Positions 39,007 through 49,095 of a DNA stretch of 60,841 bases are shown here, piece after piece; positions within the stretch are counted from its first letter, which is position 1, and each line of letters starts with the position of its first letter. Made by a program: the position numbers and the translations under genes. The notes beneath the pieces were generated by a model. The model searched no databases and was not told where the DNA came from. It worked only from the letters and a program-made list of their open reading frames with translations. Location: NCBI GenBank assembly GCA_043805595.1, contig JAZDHV010000003.1, positions 1 through 60,841 on the forward strand, written 5' to 3'. The DNA is from Candidatus Woesearchaeota archaeon. Its GTDB lineage: Archaea > Nanobdellota > Nanobdellia > Woesearchaeales > JAGVYU01.

Positions 39007-39555
39007 TTAGACCTGATCCTTGCAGTCTTCACACACCAATGATTTGTTTATAGACAATAATTCAGAAGTGTATTCACCGCACAGCTCGCATACCCCTTCC
39101 TTCTCGCTCATCCTTTTCAATGGTTTTCTCTCCTCTTCCCTGATCTCAAACTTATGGACCAATAGTTCAAACAGTTGTGGTTGAATTTTCAAAACATCTT
39201 TAAGCGTAAGAAGTCCGACCATTTTTTTCCCTTCCATCACTGGAAGGTGCCTTATGTTCAGGTCTCTCATTTTCACAAGAGCTGTGAAGATGTCTTCATT
39301 AGGGCCTATTGTCCTTACATTATGGTCCATCAGATCCTTTATGCTCAACTCTAATGGATTTTTTCCTTTAGCCACAATCTTCCTTACAATATCTTTTTCA
39401 GTGATTATGCCTGCAAGCTCATCCTTGTCTTGCACAATGACTGCACTGACTTTCATGTCATTCATTGTCTGTGCGCACTGCCTTAAAGAGTTATCAGATG
39501 TAAGAATGACAGGTTTCTCTGTCATTGCATCACCCACTTTTATTCCTGTTCTCAT
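39007..39555 (-). CDS. Tandem CBS domain protein with C-terminal zinc ribbon
   Basis: GIITEKDIV, IRHLPV...VGLLTLKDV; CELC...CEDC. Confidence 0.9.
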   Translation of the reverse strand: MRTGIKVGDAMTEKPVILTSDNSLRQCAQTMNDMKVSAVIVQDKDELAGIITEKDIVRKIVAKGKNPLELSIKDLMDHNVRTIGPNEDIFTALVKMRDLNIRHLPVMEGKKMVGLLTLKDVLKIQPQLFELLVHKFEIREEERKPLKRMSEKEGVCELCGEYTSELLSINKSLVCEDCKDQV

Positions 39556-39654
39556 AGGGATATGGAAAATTTCCTGCTTTTTAAATGTTATGCTTATAAA
39601 TTATATAAATGACGAATTTTGCAATTCAGTCATTTGTTGCTGCTTTAAATTAAA

Positions 39655-40024
39655 ATGTCAGAAATTTTCCACCAGTTTTTAACTGGTGGCCGAAAGCCAT
39701 TCCCAATATTGGAATCAGAAAAATGCTCAAAATGTCAGAATTTTCCATCCAGTCTATGGCTGGTGGCAAGCTTTGCCTGCTTTAACTTCAAAAGCTGGAA
39801 AATTCTGAGCACTAAGAACCACCAGTCTTATTATAAGGTAGTTGCGGATTTAGTGAATCCCACCGTCTATGACTGGTGGTTCTTTAGATGCAGAACATTT
39901 TTGGCATGCCAGAAATTTCTAAAAAAATTTCTGAGCATTTCTGAGCACTAAGAACCACCAGTATGTAGATGTAGTGGATGTTGAATTGATGAATCCCACC
40001 AGTCTCTGACTGGTGGTTCTTTAG
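39655..40024. repeat. R1 mosaic repeat, copy 5 (terminal module present twice)
   Basis: Matches modules of 1-400. Confidence 0.9.
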
Positions 40025-40161
40025 AATAAAAAAGAGCTATTTCTAATTCTTGCCTGCCAATACAAATCAGAATTATTCGAAAAGTAGACTTTTTATGATT
40101 AAAACAATATATTTATAAATAAACCCATACCCCTAAAATAGTAATTCTAGGTGAGCTAAAA

Positions 40162-40623
40162 ATGATGCACGCAGTAGATAAAGAGACAGATACAAAAAGG
40201 ATATTGTTGGTTGAGGATGACCTAAGATTTGCTAGCTCTATTGTTGAGCATTTAGGAAATATAGGTTATCAGGTGTCTCAAGCAAGAACAGGTGGAATTG
40301 GATTGGATGTGCTTCGCACAGCCCTTGATGAAAATCAATCATTTGGATTATATATTGTTGATTTGCAGGTGCATGCAGGTACATTAGCAGCAATGACAGC
40401 TTATCACCATGGAGCAAGTGGAGCAGTTCATCCAGAATCAATGCATGGTATTCATTTTATCCATAAAGCCAGTGAATTAAATGGACACACACCTGCGATA
40501 ATCATATCTCCTTACAAAGGAGGAAGATTAGTAGAGGATGCAAGAAAGCATGGGATTGTTTTATTTAATCCTGTCTCACTTGATGTATTGGCTGCTGAAG
40601 TTGCCAAGCATTATCATGGATAA
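40162..40623 (+). CDS. Stand-alone response regulator receiver (REC) domain
   Basis: RILLVEDD, YIVDL, PAIIIS; conserved Lys apparently replaced (FNPV). Confidence 0.75.
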   Translation: MMHAVDKETDTKRILLVEDDLRFASSIVEHLGNIGYQVSQARTGGIGLDVLRTALDENQSFGLYIVDLQVHAGTLAAMTAYHHGASGAVHPESMHGIHFIHKASELNGHTPAIIISPYKGGRLVEDARKHGIVLFNPVSLDVLAAEVAKHYHG

Positions 40624-40748
40624 GAACCTCTTTGATTGGAAACAATTTTTTCTAATCCTCATTTATTATTAATCTCATATTAATCTTGATTCTCACCCAA
40701 ATCTTTTTATAAATCACTTCATTCTGTCCGTAAATATTCCGGAATAAC

Positions 40749-41222
40749 ATGGAAGAATGCAAAACTAAAGGCAGGGTCCTCATTATCGGGCACGATCATG
40801 ACTTGGTTGAGATGTTGGGATTAGGATTGGCTTGTAAAGATTATGATCCAGTCCTTGTTACTGACAGCAGGTCAGCTCTTGAGATGATTGAAGAATCGGA
40901 AAAAAGTTCAAATCCTTTTGGCCTTTACATATTTGATTTAGCAATTGGAGACATGCCATACAGGGATTTTCTTGATGATGCATTCAGATTGAATGGCAGG
41001 GTTCCTGTCCTGCTGGTGTCAGGCTTCCAGGATGATAAAAAGCCAATTTTTGCTCCTGAAGGGACGTACACAATTGATTTTCTTTCTGGTATGAGATATG
41101 GCCAAATTAGTAGGAGGGAATCACCTTTTACAGGCTTTGTAAGAGTTGTAGAAGACATATGTTCTGGAGTTCCTCTCAATCCTGACTGCACAAGGAAGGA
41201 AAACCATACTTGTTTAAAATAA
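40749..41222 (+). CDS. Degenerate stand-alone REC domain
   Basis: RVLIIGHD, LYIFDL, PVLLVSG. Confidence 0.65.
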   Translation: MEECKTKGRVLIIGHDHDLVEMLGLGLACKDYDPVLVTDSRSALEMIEESEKSSNPFGLYIFDLAIGDMPYRDFLDDAFRLNGRVPVLLVSGFQDDKKPIFAPEGTYTIDFLSGMRYGQISRRESPFTGFVRVVEDICSGVPLNPDCTRKENHTCLK

Positions 41223-41245
41223 AATAAATAGTTTATAAAAAAATA

Positions 41246-41291
41246 TCGAGTCGGAATTTGATGTGATGATGCTTAAGCCTCAAATTCCTAA
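41246..41291. repeat. R5 hairpin, copy 6
   Basis: GGAATTTGA-n18-TCAAATTCC between convergent genes. Confidence 0.8.
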
Positions 41292-41328
41292 GAATAAGTA
41301 ATAATTATAAAAAAAAAATAAAATAAAT

Positions 41329-43563
41329 TTATTCTATCTCAACTGAGTTAATCTCATCCAGATCACTTAGATCATTCATCTTGATCATTGAGTTGGATAT
41401 TGTGTACAATACATCATCCATGTACAGTGATCTTGTGATTGATGTCTCATAGTTCCTGTAATAATAGCCTGATTTCTTGAGACTATCATCATCCTCAAGA
41501 TGAGTCACTCTTCCTTTCAGCTCAAATCCATCTTCAAGGTTTAGGTTGTAGACATAAGCCCCATCAAAGACAAATTCACCTTCCATGCTTTTTGCCTGGC
41601 CTTCTTTCAGTTCTGCGACAGTCATTGGAACTACTAATAGTTCTTTTTGCCTGTCAAAAAGGAATGCCTTGTGCTCGCTTGTGGCAAGGCTCTCTGTTCC
41701 CCTGTCTCCTATGACTTCTTTGTACATCTCTATTGGATTGCTGACATCACTGACATCAAAAATTGCCAGCTTTACTCCTTGGATTGCAGTGTAATATACT
41801 GCTCCTTCTGTATGGACTTTGTCTGCGTCAATGCTTTCATCAACCTCTTTGCCTATTCCAATAAGATGATTTTCATCATATGGATGCAGGTAATCAGAGT
41901 ATCCAGGTATTTTCAGTTTTCCTAGTATCTCTGGATCTGTTGGATCTGAAAGGTCAATTACAAATAATGGGTCCACATGCTTGAATGTTACCATATATGC
42001 CCTGTCTCCCATAAACCTGACTGAATATATGCTCTCTCCAGGTGCTATCCCTTCTATTTCTCCAAGCATATTAAGATCTTCATCAAGCACATACATGTTG
42101 TTTGTTGAAGTGTCCCTGTTGTTTGAGTATCCGCTTATTGTTGTTGCAATCCTGAAGTTTCCTTTATACTCATCCATTGAAAACTGGTTTAGGATCATTC
42201 CTGGAACATTTCCAGTTCCTATGTATTTTATCTTGTCTCCATCAATTGAGATCTTGTGGATAAATGTCTTTTGTGAATCTTTCTGCATCTCAATCTGGAT
42301 TTCTTGCATCTTCTCTGCCATGTCATCTTCTAGTTCCTCTCTTTCCTCTTTGCTCAATCCATCAAGATACTTGTTAAGGATCTCTCCTATCTTCTGGTTC
42401 TTGTCCAATATGCTGTCATCAGATCCCATAAGTTCCTTTATCTCCCTTGACACATAACCAGGCAATGTGGCTGCAAAAACTTTTTCCATCATATTTTCCT
42501 GCTGCTGGTAATAGCTTATCCTCTTTTCATGTGTCAGATATATATTGTCCAATGATACAAACATTTCCATTGAATTTCCTAGCAGATACACTTTGTCATT
42601 CACATCTATATCTCCTTTGATGTCAATAGCTGCAATATGTGTGTAAGTATAGCTGTAATCAGGATAAGGGACATAAGCAATATCTGATGCCTGAATCTCC
42701 ATTGCAGTCTCTCCTTCATAGATTTTTGGAAGTATAATATTATCATATTGTATGTTCTCACTTATTATTGGATATACATAATCTCCTATCATCCTTGAAT
42801 TCACATAACTGCCGTCAAACATGATGCTGTCAACAAGCTCAGGTTCTTCCCTGTCACTTACATCATACACATCAACAAATGTCTGATAAGTGTATCTTGG
42901 ATAATAAGGGTAGTCAGGTGCAATTGAATCAGCTGCAACCCCATTGCCTGCTCTCTTTTCAGCCAGATCATCACTTACTTGAGCTTCAGCTTGTGTCTGT
43001 CTCTGCCTTGATCCAATCACAACCAGCCTGTCTCCATTGATGTATAACTGTGATGGATTTCCCTCAACATTTATCTTTGAGATGACTTCAGCATCATCTG
43101 CTGGATATGCCTCAATTATATATAAATCATATCTTTCATTTTCATCATTATTCTGCTCATTATATCCATAGTAATTATTGTCAATTTTGATCATATAGAT
43201 ATATTTGCCGTCATTCTTGACAAAATCTGCTTCATCAACTCCTTCTACCTGCACATTTGTGGTGGAATAATCATCTGCTGCAGCTCCAGCTGTTGCTCCT
43301 AATAATGTTTCAGCCACTGCCATTGGCTCCATCATATCTGCAGATTTCATAAGAACCCTTTCCATTCCAAATCCTTGTCCAGGATCTAGATTCTCCTTAA
43401 TATAATTCTTTATCTCGCTTAAAGAGCTGAAATGCTTCACCTTCACATCCTTATCAGGTATATTTGGTGTGACTGGTAATGAACAGCTTACTATGCTAAA
43501 AATAAATATCATAAGCATTACTGCTGCAATTGCCCTGTCTAAAAAAGATTTTATTTGTTTCAT
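41329..43563 (-). CDS. Secreted lipoprotein with beta-propeller domain (Beta_propel family)
   Basis: YSTTNVQVEGVDEADFVKNDG, LNQFSMDEY, IYSVRFMGDRAYMVTFKHVDPLFVIDL, LKIPGYSDYLHP. Confidence 0.9.
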   Translation of the reverse strand: MKQIKSFLDRAIAAVMLMIFIFSIVSCSLPVTPNIPDKDVKVKHFSSLSEIKNYIKENLDPGQGFGMERVLMKSADMMEPMAVAETLLGATAGAAADDYSTTNVQVEGVDEADFVKNDGKYIYMIKIDNNYYGYNEQNNDENERYDLYIIEAYPADDAEVISKINVEGNPSQLYINGDRLVVIGSRQRQTQAEAQVSDDLAEKRAGNGVAADSIAPDYPYYPRYTYQTFVDVYDVSDREEPELVDSIMFDGSYVNSRMIGDYVYPIISENIQYDNIILPKIYEGETAMEIQASDIAYVPYPDYSYTYTHIAAIDIKGDIDVNDKVYLLGNSMEMFVSLDNIYLTHEKRISYYQQQENMMEKVFAATLPGYVSREIKELMGSDDSILDKNQKIGEILNKYLDGLSKEEREELEDDMAEKMQEIQIEMQKDSQKTFIHKISIDGDKIKYIGTGNVPGMILNQFSMDEYKGNFRIATTISGYSNNRDTSTNNMYVLDEDLNMLGEIEGIAPGESIYSVRFMGDRAYMVTFKHVDPLFVIDLSDPTDPEILGKLKIPGYSDYLHPYDENHLIGIGKEVDESIDADKVHTEGAVYYTAIQGVKLAIFDVSDVSNPIEMYKEVIGDRGTESLATSEHKAFLFDRQKELLVVPMTVAELKEGQAKSMEGEFVFDGAYVYNLNLEDGFELKGRVTHLEDDDSLKKSGYYYRNYETSITRSLYMDDVLYTISNSMIKMNDLSDLDEINSVEIE

Positions 43564-43846
43564 TTTTTATCCTCCATTTAAATTCTTATAATTTTTTATT
43601 ATCATATCAAATTTTGTCATATAAACATTTGATATAGTAAATCATGAATATTATCCTATATAAATATATTCTTTAGACTTCTATTTGAGTTGAAGTTATG
43701 ACCTGAACAAAGCAGAAGCAGGATGTAAACATATATACCATTTTTAGGCATGTTCTCAAGATTTAATCTTGAAGATCTTTCGAAAAAACTTAGTAAATGT
43801 TTATTAATGACCTGTTTACAATTTTAGCTTATGAATAAGAGATTTT

Positions 43847-44258
43847 ATGTTGACACATGCAATGAGATGGATTATTGAGGAATACCACAAATGTCTTAAA
43901 ACAGGCTGTAGGTTTGAGCAAAGACAACTAAAGAATAATAGAAGAATTGAAAGATTAATGGGTTTTCTTGCTGTGGTTGCTCTTCGTCTTTTGCAATTGA
44001 GAGAGCAAATGAAAAATGGTCAGTATATTGCCAGAAGCTATGTTCCTGACCTTGCCCTTGAAGTACTAGCTAAGAAGATTTCTCTAGACCCCGAGTCAAT
44101 TACATTAAGACAGTTTTGGATTGAAGTGGCAAAAATAGGGGGGTTTCTAGCCAGAAAAAGTGACGGGGATCCTGGCTGGATTACGATTTGGAGAGGTTGG
44201 AATGATTTACAAAAGATGTGTGAAGGTGCAAGTATAATGAGTTGTGGGTAACGATGAG
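43847..44258 (+). pseudogene. IS4-family (IS50/Tn5-like) transposase C-terminal remnant with right-end sequence
   Basis: RWIIEEYHKCLKTGC..E.RQL and IGGFLARKSDGDPGWITIWRGW motifs; N-terminal DDE part missing; TGTGGGTAACGATGAG end. Confidence 0.85.
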
Positions 44259-44292
44259 GCCTATCGACTGGTGGTCACTGCCGACTTTGACA
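44259..44292 (+). repeat. Partial R4 repeat abutting the IS end
   Basis: GCCTATCGACTGGTGGTCACTGCCGACTTTGACA matches 47104-47137. Confidence 0.8.
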
Positions 44293-44429
44293 ATTCTGTA
44301 AACAGTTCGCAGAACAATACTGCTGATATGATCAAGCCAATCAGGACTTTGATATGAACAAAGATATGACTATTTTATAGTGATAACAAAACAAAAGATT
44401 TATAAAAAAGAATAAACTTTCTTTTTCTT

Positions 44430-45098
44430 ATGGATGAAGAGCTTGAAGCATTACTATTAGATTTTGAGATTGATCCAGAGCGTGCTAGAGTTATTGCTCA
44501 AAAGCAGGATTATAATTACTTTTGTGAAAAATTTGAACGGCTTGAGATAATGATAGGTAGTGATGCTGCTTTTAAGGTATTACAGAATGGTCAATTTGCT
44601 GATTACAGGAATTCTTCTCTTGAAGGATATTTTGATTTAGCAGTAGAAGTCAATAATCTTCTCGGTGATAAGAAAGACAGGCTAAACATGCCTTCAGACT
44701 GGTATGCGCATTTCTTTTATTCTCACGATACACTTAGACAATTTATTAACAGAAAACCTGAAGATATTGAGGAAGAAACTAGTCCTCCATCTGAAATCTT
44801 TGGAAAATATCTTCTCTTCAATCCAGGCCACCCCCAATCAAGGGAATATCTCCAAACATTGATACAGAGTGGTGAATTGAATGTAGGTGATCATGAGCAT
44901 TGGGCTAGAAGCCAGTCAAGTGGAACAAGAGGTGAAAACATTCTAAAAAAAATGAGATATGAGATAACTCAAGCGTTTCATCATTTTGGATATGAAAGGC
45001 CTGTGATTGAGATCAACCACGGCCAGAAAAAGATAACTGTAAGTGAGTCTGCAAGAGAAAGATTAAGATTACTAAGGGATCATGCTTATAATCCATGA
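44430..45098 (+). CDS. Hypothetical protein
   Basis: 222-aa ORF with TTTATAAA box upstream. Confidence 0.7.
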   Translation: MDEELEALLLDFEIDPERARVIAQKQDYNYFCEKFERLEIMIGSDAAFKVLQNGQFADYRNSSLEGYFDLAVEVNNLLGDKKDRLNMPSDWYAHFFYSHDTLRQFINRKPEDIEEETSPPSEIFGKYLLFNPGHPQSREYLQTLIQSGELNVGDHEHWARSQSSGTRGENILKKMRYEITQAFHHFGYERPVIEINHGQKKITVSESARERLRLLRDHAYNP

Positions 45099-45186
45099 AC
45101 ATTTTTTTTAAGATATTCTTTTTTAAGTTTAAATAAAAAGTTTTTTAAACAACTATATACCCATGTAAGATTACCAGGCATTTATT

Positions 45187-45369
45187 GCGAGGGTAGCGAA
45201 GCCTGGCAAACTTTGCCTTAAAGCAAGTTTGGGCAATCAAACGCGCAGGACTTAAGAAGCTCCACTTGATGGACACTTAGGGTTGTACCTTAAGATATCC
45301 TGTCCCTTAGTGGGTCCGTGGGTTCGAATATAAGCAAAAATTTGCTTTGCGAAAGTCCCATCCCTCGCA
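45187..45369 (+). tRNA. tRNA-Leu(TAA) with three introns (D-loop ~45207-45236, 37/38 45257-45296, T-loop ~45329-45355)
   Basis: Acceptor stem GCGAGGG/CCCTCGC+A; D-stem GCG/CGC; anticodon stem CAGGA/TCCTG with CT-TAA-GA; long variable arm; T-stem GTGGG/CCCAT; 86 nt after removing the three inserts. Confidence 0.85.
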
Positions 45370-45372
45370 TTC

Positions 45373-45482
45373 TTATACTCAGAAATGGCAATACTCCAAC
45401 CTTAAGGTTGGAGATGTAGCCATTTCTGATCGACCTACTCCCATAGATACCCCTACCTTTAGGTGGGGGAGTAGGTCATTTT
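45373..45482. mobile_element. 110-bp double-hairpin element R3 (IS200/IS605-end-like MITE), copy 1
   Basis: CTCCAACC-TTAA-GGTTGGAG and CCCCTACC-TTTA-GGTGGGGG hairpins; 109/110 identical to 60171-60280. Confidence 0.7.
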
Positions 45483-45483
45483 C

Positions 45484-46278
45484 TCAATCAACCTCATGAT
45501 AATTTCCGCTCAAATCATGCAGTCTGTAATTGACAAGGACCCTTGCAGCTGTCCTTGTGTCCATCGGGTCCCAACCTGCCAGCACAATATGAACTTTATC
45601 TTCATTTTGGTATAGTTTGACAATACCTCTTCTATTTGGTATCACACTGTAATCATTGCAGGTGTTGAAAGGCACATCCATTATAAGTGCAGTTATTGAA
45701 TTTGAGCATGGATTTCCGATTGAGATAATATTCTCTGTCTCTAAAACAGATTCTGTCAGCTCACTGTCAAGGATTGTTGATCCTATTCTTACAGTATTTC
45801 CGGAACCAGATGATTTTAATCCATTTATCAGCTCACCTGCAGTTATCATGTCATTTGCTATTACATTATTATCTGTGCCTCCACTGCTCACAACAATGAT
45901 GCCGTCAAACTGATTATTCACAATAAATGGTTCTGGATAATCTGTTAATGTATAAGTCGGAAACTCTTGATAATTAGGTCTCACTAAAGGTATTGTTGTC
46001 AGTGTTGTTGTCGAGGTTTCTGTTGGAGGTGTAGTTGTTGTCGTAGAACTAGCTGTAGAACTAGTTGTTGATGTTGAAGTAACCACAGGAAGAGTTGTTG
46101 TTGTGGTTGTTGCATTTAATCTCTCATCATCACAGATAAAATCTCTATTATGATCCTCACAGCAGCTGTCAGGTCTAAGAAGATAAGGAGGCTCACAATC
46201 AATATTTTCTGCACATCCTGAAAAAACAATCCAAATAAGGCTGAATACAATCAATAATATTGATAATCTGAATGACAT
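45484..46278 (-). CDS. Lipoprotein with Thr-rich linker and S-layer-like C-terminal domain
   Basis: FSGC lipobox; NIISIGNPCSN and IVLAGWDPMDTRTAARVL motifs. Confidence 0.75.
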   Translation of the reverse strand: MSFRLSILLIVFSLIWIVFSGCAENIDCEPPYLLRPDSCCEDHNRDFICDDERLNATTTTTTLPVVTSTSTTSSTASSTTTTTPPTETSTTTLTTIPLVRPNYQEFPTYTLTDYPEPFIVNNQFDGIIVVSSGGTDNNVIANDMITAGELINGLKSSGSGNTVRIGSTILDSELTESVLETENIISIGNPCSNSITALIMDVPFNTCNDYSVIPNRRGIVKLYQNEDKVHIVLAGWDPMDTRTAARVLVNYRLHDLSGNYHEVD

Positions 46279-46514
46279 AATATATATTTCAGAATAATTA
46301 CTTTATAATATTTTCTTTTTAATTCAATCTTCTCAATTGTTTATAGAACTCATCCCTATGCTTGCTTGCGACATGTATCCCTGTTCCCAGTATTGTTAAA
46401 TCTGATAGGTCAGTATATGCCATATATTTGTAATTGTTTTTTGATTCTTAAATCTTTCTATTTATTACTACTATAAAATAGTCAATATGTACTGTATCTA
46501 GATTTAGAAATAAT

Positions 46515-46931
46515 TTACTCTAATTTTTCACACAACTCTTTGGTCTCTTGATCTATTATCTGTTCACAGTCTGATAATCCTAAGAAACATCCATCTTTGA
46601 TGCTTTGTTTAAGTATATTGTTGCACATATTGGCATTTTGTTTGCTTAAGGCAATGAGGCTATAGCATCTGTATTTGTCATCCTCATCAATGATATTCTC
46701 GCATATTGACAGGTCTTTTCTTGCAAGTGCAACACCTGCAATGCAATTATCTTTTGTCATAGGGTCATTAATTAAATTGCACACTCTTAAATCTTTTTTT
46801 GCTTCTGCAACATCAATATAGCAAATCTCTCTTAGATTCTGTACAGAATAATCCCTGTCACAATCACTTATGCTTTTACAGCTGCTTAGAAAAATTATGA
46901 TAATTAGAGCAATCAAAAATAATTTTCTCAT
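46515..46931 (-). CDS. Small lipoprotein with Cys-pair helical repeats (CxxIxxxxxxDxC)
   Basis: MRKLFL...LSSC lipobox; repeats resemble the C-terminus of 8519-9706. Confidence 0.75.
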   Translation of the reverse strand: MRKLFLIALIIIIFLSSCKSISDCDRDYSVQNLREICYIDVAEAKKDLRVCNLINDPMTKDNCIAGVALARKDLSICENIIDEDDKYRCYSLIALSKQNANMCNNILKQSIKDGCFLGLSDCEQIIDQETKELCEKLE

Positions 46932-46984
46932 GATTGAAGCATATATCCAGAAGTATATAAGTATTTTGCAACTCATTTATTCAT

Positions 46985-47137
46985 ATGTCAGAAATATGCC
47001 ACTGGCCTGCATGACCAGTGGACAATACTGTCAACAATCTATTTTTGGAAGGTAGCATATTTCTGAGCATGCTCAAATCCGGCAGGGTAAGCGAAGCGGA
47101 CATGCCTATCGACTGGTGGTCCCTGCCGGCTTTGACA
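46985..47137 (+). repeat. R4 repeat copy
   Basis: Similar to 47791-47948. Confidence 0.9.
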
Positions 47138-47148
47138 TTATCCAAAAT

Positions 47149-47736
47149 TCAATCCTTTTTTTTATGTTTTCTTTTAGAACCAGCTACATAATTTTCAATC
47201 CGTTTAAGACGCCTATCCATGGCCAATAACAAATCCCACTCTTTTTGATCCAGAATCAAGTCTAGCCTATCTTGTTTAAAATCCACTATATCCTTCTCTA
47301 TATTTATCTGTTCCTGTTTGCGGTCTTTTTGAGCCTGTCTATTCTGGCTCATCATGATTATTGGCGCCTGAACAGCAGCAAGACATGATAGAATCAAATT
47401 GAGTAGGATAAAAGGAAATGGGTCAAATGGTTCAACAGTAAGAAAGTAGATATTTGCAAACATCCATAAAAGTATGAAAGAAGCAAAAACTGTAATAAAA
47501 ATCCACGAGCCGCCAAATCTTGCCACTTTATCAGCAATTTTCTGGCCTAATGTCCAATGTTCATCTTGAACAATAAACTTTCGCTTATCAAAAATAAAAC
47601 CCAGTTCTTCCAGCTTGGATTCCAGATCTCTGTGCAGGTCTTCAATTGTAACTTCTTCTTTCTTAATAGTTGATTGTTTAATCTCAGAATCCAATAATGA
47701 AATTTCATCTTCTTTTTTTTCTTTAGCCATTTGCAC
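47149..47736 (-). CDS. DUF1003 family membrane protein
   Basis: ADKVARFGGSW, FDPFPFILLNLILSCLAAVQAPIIMMSQNRQ. Confidence 0.9.
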   Translation of the reverse strand: MQMAKEKKEDEISLLDSEIKQSTIKKEEVTIEDLHRDLESKLEELGFIFDKRKFIVQDEHWTLGQKIADKVARFGGSWIFITVFASFILLWMFANIYFLTVEPFDPFPFILLNLILSCLAAVQAPIIMMSQNRQAQKDRKQEQINIEKDIVDFKQDRLDLILDQKEWDLLLAMDRRLKRIENYVAGSKRKHKKKD

Positions 47737-47790
47737 TATATTATTATCACAGATTTATAAACTTTCCTGTTAAATCTCTAGAAGTTTTAT

Positions 47791-47948
47791 ATGTCAGAAA
47801 TATGCCACTGGCCTGCATGACCAGTGGATAATAGTCCACAATCCATTTTTGGAAGGTGGCATATTTCTGAGCATGCTCAAATTCGGCAGGGTGAGGGAAG
47901 CGAACATGCTACCATTCTATTGACTGGTGGTCCCTGCCGACTTTGACA
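47791..47948 (+). repeat. R4 repeat copy
   Basis: Similar to 46985-47137 and to the reverse complement of 30848-31005. Confidence 0.9.
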
Positions 47949-48117
47949 GACTATTCATTTTTTGCCTTTTTCAATTTTTTCTAACAATGTCATATGCCCT
48001 TTGCAGGATGAGAGATCTCTAAACGGCTGTGTCCTAATCTATGAATGTTAATTTTGTATCTATATAGTGGTTACAAAACAAAAGATTTAAATAGAGTGTT
48101 ATAATTTTAATGCACAT

Positions 48118-49053
48118 ATGGCAACCAGCAAACCAATTGACTTACAAACTATGACTATTAATGGAGTCAAGGCAATGTCTCCGAAAGATATTGCTGATAC
48201 ATTTGGTGTAGATTTTGTAGGAGTATATACGAACCCAACACTTCTAGAATGGAGGGCAGGAACTACTTATCATATTTTCGGTACCAGTTCTGCACTTGGA
48301 GAACAGAGTCACCAAGAGTATATGCAGAAGGGAAATTTTATTATCTGGGGAACTACCAGGGGAGATCATTGGCATATTCTTTTACCATGTATTGATGGAA
48401 AATTTATCCCTCCAGGAAGTCTTACTGTTGAGCAGTATAAACCATTTTTATCGCGTCAAGGTCATGCAGGGGTGGAACGGATTGTTGCAGAGTATAACAC
48501 TCAATCTAGATTAACCGATATGCTAAAACAAATTATTCCTGTCACATTAGTAGGTCAAAATATTGATTTTAATGTTTTAAGCGCACCTGCCGACCCAGCA
48601 TATCCGAAAGGAAAAGAAGTCAGATTCTTAGATGATTATATCAGGGAACTGAATCGGGTTTATTCTTTGCTTGATATACTTGGAAAAAAAACTAATCGAA
48701 TTGCCAATGGAAAAGATGTACTCCATTATGTAATAGGCTCACCACTTAAAAATGTTGAAGGAGAAGATATCTTGAGATATATGCTAATGCAAAGTGCACA
48801 GGCTGGACAATGGCAACCGTTCATCATTGATGTTCCGCATTTAACGGATACAAAAAAAAGAACCGCATCAGAATATTTGAAAAGTGTCAAGCAAATTGAT
48901 ACTTCGAATACTGGTACTATGGTAGAAGCAAATCTTTCATTTGGTGTAGCCAAGGCAATGCGAGGTAATCTTGGTTTACCAATAGAATATGATAATAAAT
49001 TAGTTGTTGTTCCATCTCAGACATTTGTTGAGTATATTGCCCAAAGGAGATAA
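48118..49053 (+). CDS. Hypothetical protein
   Basis: 311-aa ORF with TTTAAATA box; codon usage appears different from the cassette genes. Confidence 0.75.
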   Translation: MATSKPIDLQTMTINGVKAMSPKDIADTFGVDFVGVYTNPTLLEWRAGTTYHIFGTSSALGEQSHQEYMQKGNFIIWGTTRGDHWHILLPCIDGKFIPPGSLTVEQYKPFLSRQGHAGVERIVAEYNTQSRLTDMLKQIIPVTLVGQNIDFNVLSAPADPAYPKGKEVRFLDDYIRELNRVYSLLDILGKKTNRIANGKDVLHYVIGSPLKNVEGEDILRYMLMQSAQAGQWQPFIIDVPHLTDTKKRTASEYLKSVKQIDTSNTGTMVEANLSFGVAKAMRGNLGLPIEYDNKLVVVPSQTFVEYIAQRR

Positions 49054-49095
49054 GTTAGCCAAAGCCCCTTTCTAGTTTTCTAGGACTCCAAATTT

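Noticed and set aside
5671-41291. R5 hairpins read as CRISPR repeat-spacer units
   Set aside because: The arms are inverted 9-mers around 17-19 nt and the copies are dispersed, not tandem direct repeats.
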